NCBI GenBank assembly: GCA_963674595.2
Contig: CAXXFV010000014.1
Location: 107,502-171,501, forward strand
DNA: 64,000 nt
Source of the DNA: a bacterium
Lineage (GTDB): Bacteria > Zhuqueibacterota > Zhuqueibacteria > Residuimicrobiales > Krinioviventaceae
Direction: 5' to 3'
Within the stretch, counting starts at the first letter, position 1. Every line of letters begins with the position of its first letter. Positions 62,287 to 64,000 of this stretch are shown one piece after another. Position numbers and translations under genes: made by a program. Below the pieces are notes generated by a model. It was given only the letters and a program-made list of their open reading frames with translations. It had not been told where the DNA came from and ran no database searches.

Positions 62287-64000
62287 TTACCGCATCACAA
62301 CCAGTTTATTTCGTTTCCTCTGCTTTTTCATTTTCATTTTTAGCAAAAACTTTATACAAATAAACACCGTTGGCAATACGGTCACCGTCATTGTCAAGCC
62401 CATCCAGAAAAAGCTGTTGAAAACCGGCAGAAGCCCACCCGGGTTCAACGGTTTTTATCAAACGACCGGCAATGGTATAAATTTTAATTCTAACCTCGGC
62501 AGGTTGTGTTAAATGAAAAGAAAAACTTGTTTGTTCAGCGAAAGGATTCGGATAATTTAACACATCAATTAATTTTAAAGTGCTCTCAACACGAAAAGAA
62601 CCATGAAATGTGCCGTAATTTCTGCTGGCATCAGCAACAATAATATCAAGTGTGTGATCACCGTCGTCCAGGTTTGGGGTAATAGAGATACGGCCCTGAT
62701 CTTCATCAGTGTTGGATTGTAAAATCCTGACAGTTTGGTCGCTAAAAGAAAGCTGTCCCCATTCAATAATACGGTAACAGCGGATGTGTCGGTGATGCGT
62801 TGCGGACTGTTGTCTTTAACTAAGGCAATAATAACCGGTGTGCTGGCGACCAAGTCCCCGTCGAAAATTTCTTTACCGTCAAAGTGACGGTTAAACTTGG
62901 GTTACCGGTATCGGCCAAAACGGTAACAGGTGCAGACAGGCTATTGTTCGATGTCAGGATTTCAGGTATTTTGTCATCAGGATCAAGTGTTATATAAACC
63001 TGTCGTTCTCCGGTTTTATTATCAGCCGTCCATGATTGATTCACGGTATAAAAACTGTCAACCGGTATGTTTTGATGTATGACCTGTTGTGCAAATGTTT
63101 TTCTGCCTGTTGCCGGATCATCCGCCTCAAACAATACATCGACGTTTTGCACCGCCGTTTGTCCCAGATTATACATATTAAAAGAAAATTTAACATTTTC
63201 GCCGACAATAACTGAATCACTGTCCTGTTGAAATTCCTGAAGACCAAGTACCAGTTCCGGAACCGGATCAAAAGTAACCTGCCACCACTTTATAAGCGGA
63301 CTCGTTCGGCCATCAGTAGTTGACATTTTGCATAAAGCTTTAAACTGGGGTATGTCTCTGACGAAATACCGGACAGGTCAATGTATTAAATGGCGCGGTT
63401 TGACTGGCAAGAGTATCTGTGTTGCCTGTTTGTTTATTAATTCCCAAAATATCCAGTTGGATATGACCGGTTTCCGGCAAATCATATTCCCAGGAAAATG
63501 CATCCCAGGCAGTTGTCGGACCTACTTGCATACTTGAGCATGTCCCGTTCAAATTATAAAATTCCAGGGTATCTGCAACAGCGGCCGAACCTTCTCCTGC
63601 GTTAGTTTTTATTTCCGGAACACTTCCAATCGGAGCGCCTTTTCGTCCGATAATAGCCCAGGAATCACGCAAACCGACCTCCCGGCAAAGAGCACTGCCG
63701 ATAGATTCTAAGCCGTATAAGCGGCCTCATTCATACGATTTGCGCCTTCATCCTTTATAGCGGCAAAAACAAAATTTCCATATTCCACATTATTAATAAA
63801 CTGGGCTAACTGATTAGCAGCCGTCGAGTCCCCCCAGGTATCAAACACATCTGTTTTTATAACTTTTCCGGTTGACCGGTCCAAAACAACAATGTTATGC
63901 CCGCGATAAGGAACGATTGTTGGCGTTTCATCTACAATAATACGCGCAAAATCTCCGTCCAGGTAACCGGCAGATCAACATAAACAGCAATTTTACGCCC
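62287..64000 (-). pseudogene. 3' end of a large secreted multidomain protein (ILEI-like, CARDB/Ig, T9SS/FlgD-like CTD; often C25-peptidase-associated), multiply frameshifted
   Basis: RDSWA.IG.KG (ILEI-like), N.G...V.V.F..DPD..IPE...NN (CARDB), NYPNPF...T.FSF.L...IYT.AGRLI...D.DGD..ANGVYLYK, ending KLVVMR-stop at 62287. Confidence 0.7.

Overview
AT-rich chromosomal segment of an anaerobic diderm bacterium. The FlgD/T9SS-like C-terminal domains, the short Bacteroidota-like RpoD and the Omp85/LPS genes suggest an FCB-affiliated lineage such as KSB1 or Calditrichota (inference). From left to right: (i) a two-component cassette upstream of an 1834-aa secreted GLUG-repeat protein; (ii) glpK; (iii) a ~14.5-kb minus-strand operon, the main feature of the window: GntR/LacI regulator, stand-alone homocysteine-binding methyltransferase, core (MesB-type) methionine synthase, cooC, cooC/acsF, CODH (acsA), a single-ORF acsB-acsD fusion, acsC, acsV/RACo, DUF3786 and an 8-Cys mini-protein, with no acsE or folate-branch gene; (iv) housekeeping genes (rmuC, sigma70, M23 peptidase, MtaA/UroD-family methyltransferase, suhB, mutS2, yqeY, rpsU, hinT, rsmE, Omp85 proteins, ftsB, eno, a phytol kinase-DUF92 fusion); (v) a DnaA-box-rich intergenic region; (vi) a surface-polysaccharide/LPS cluster, tfoX, a cold-shock gene and the 3' end of a large secreted protein. 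Several genes right of ~56 kb are broken by frameshifts, most likely assembly errors. No rRNA, tRNA, CRISPR array or transposase was recognised. All family calls come from motif recognition by eye, not database searches.
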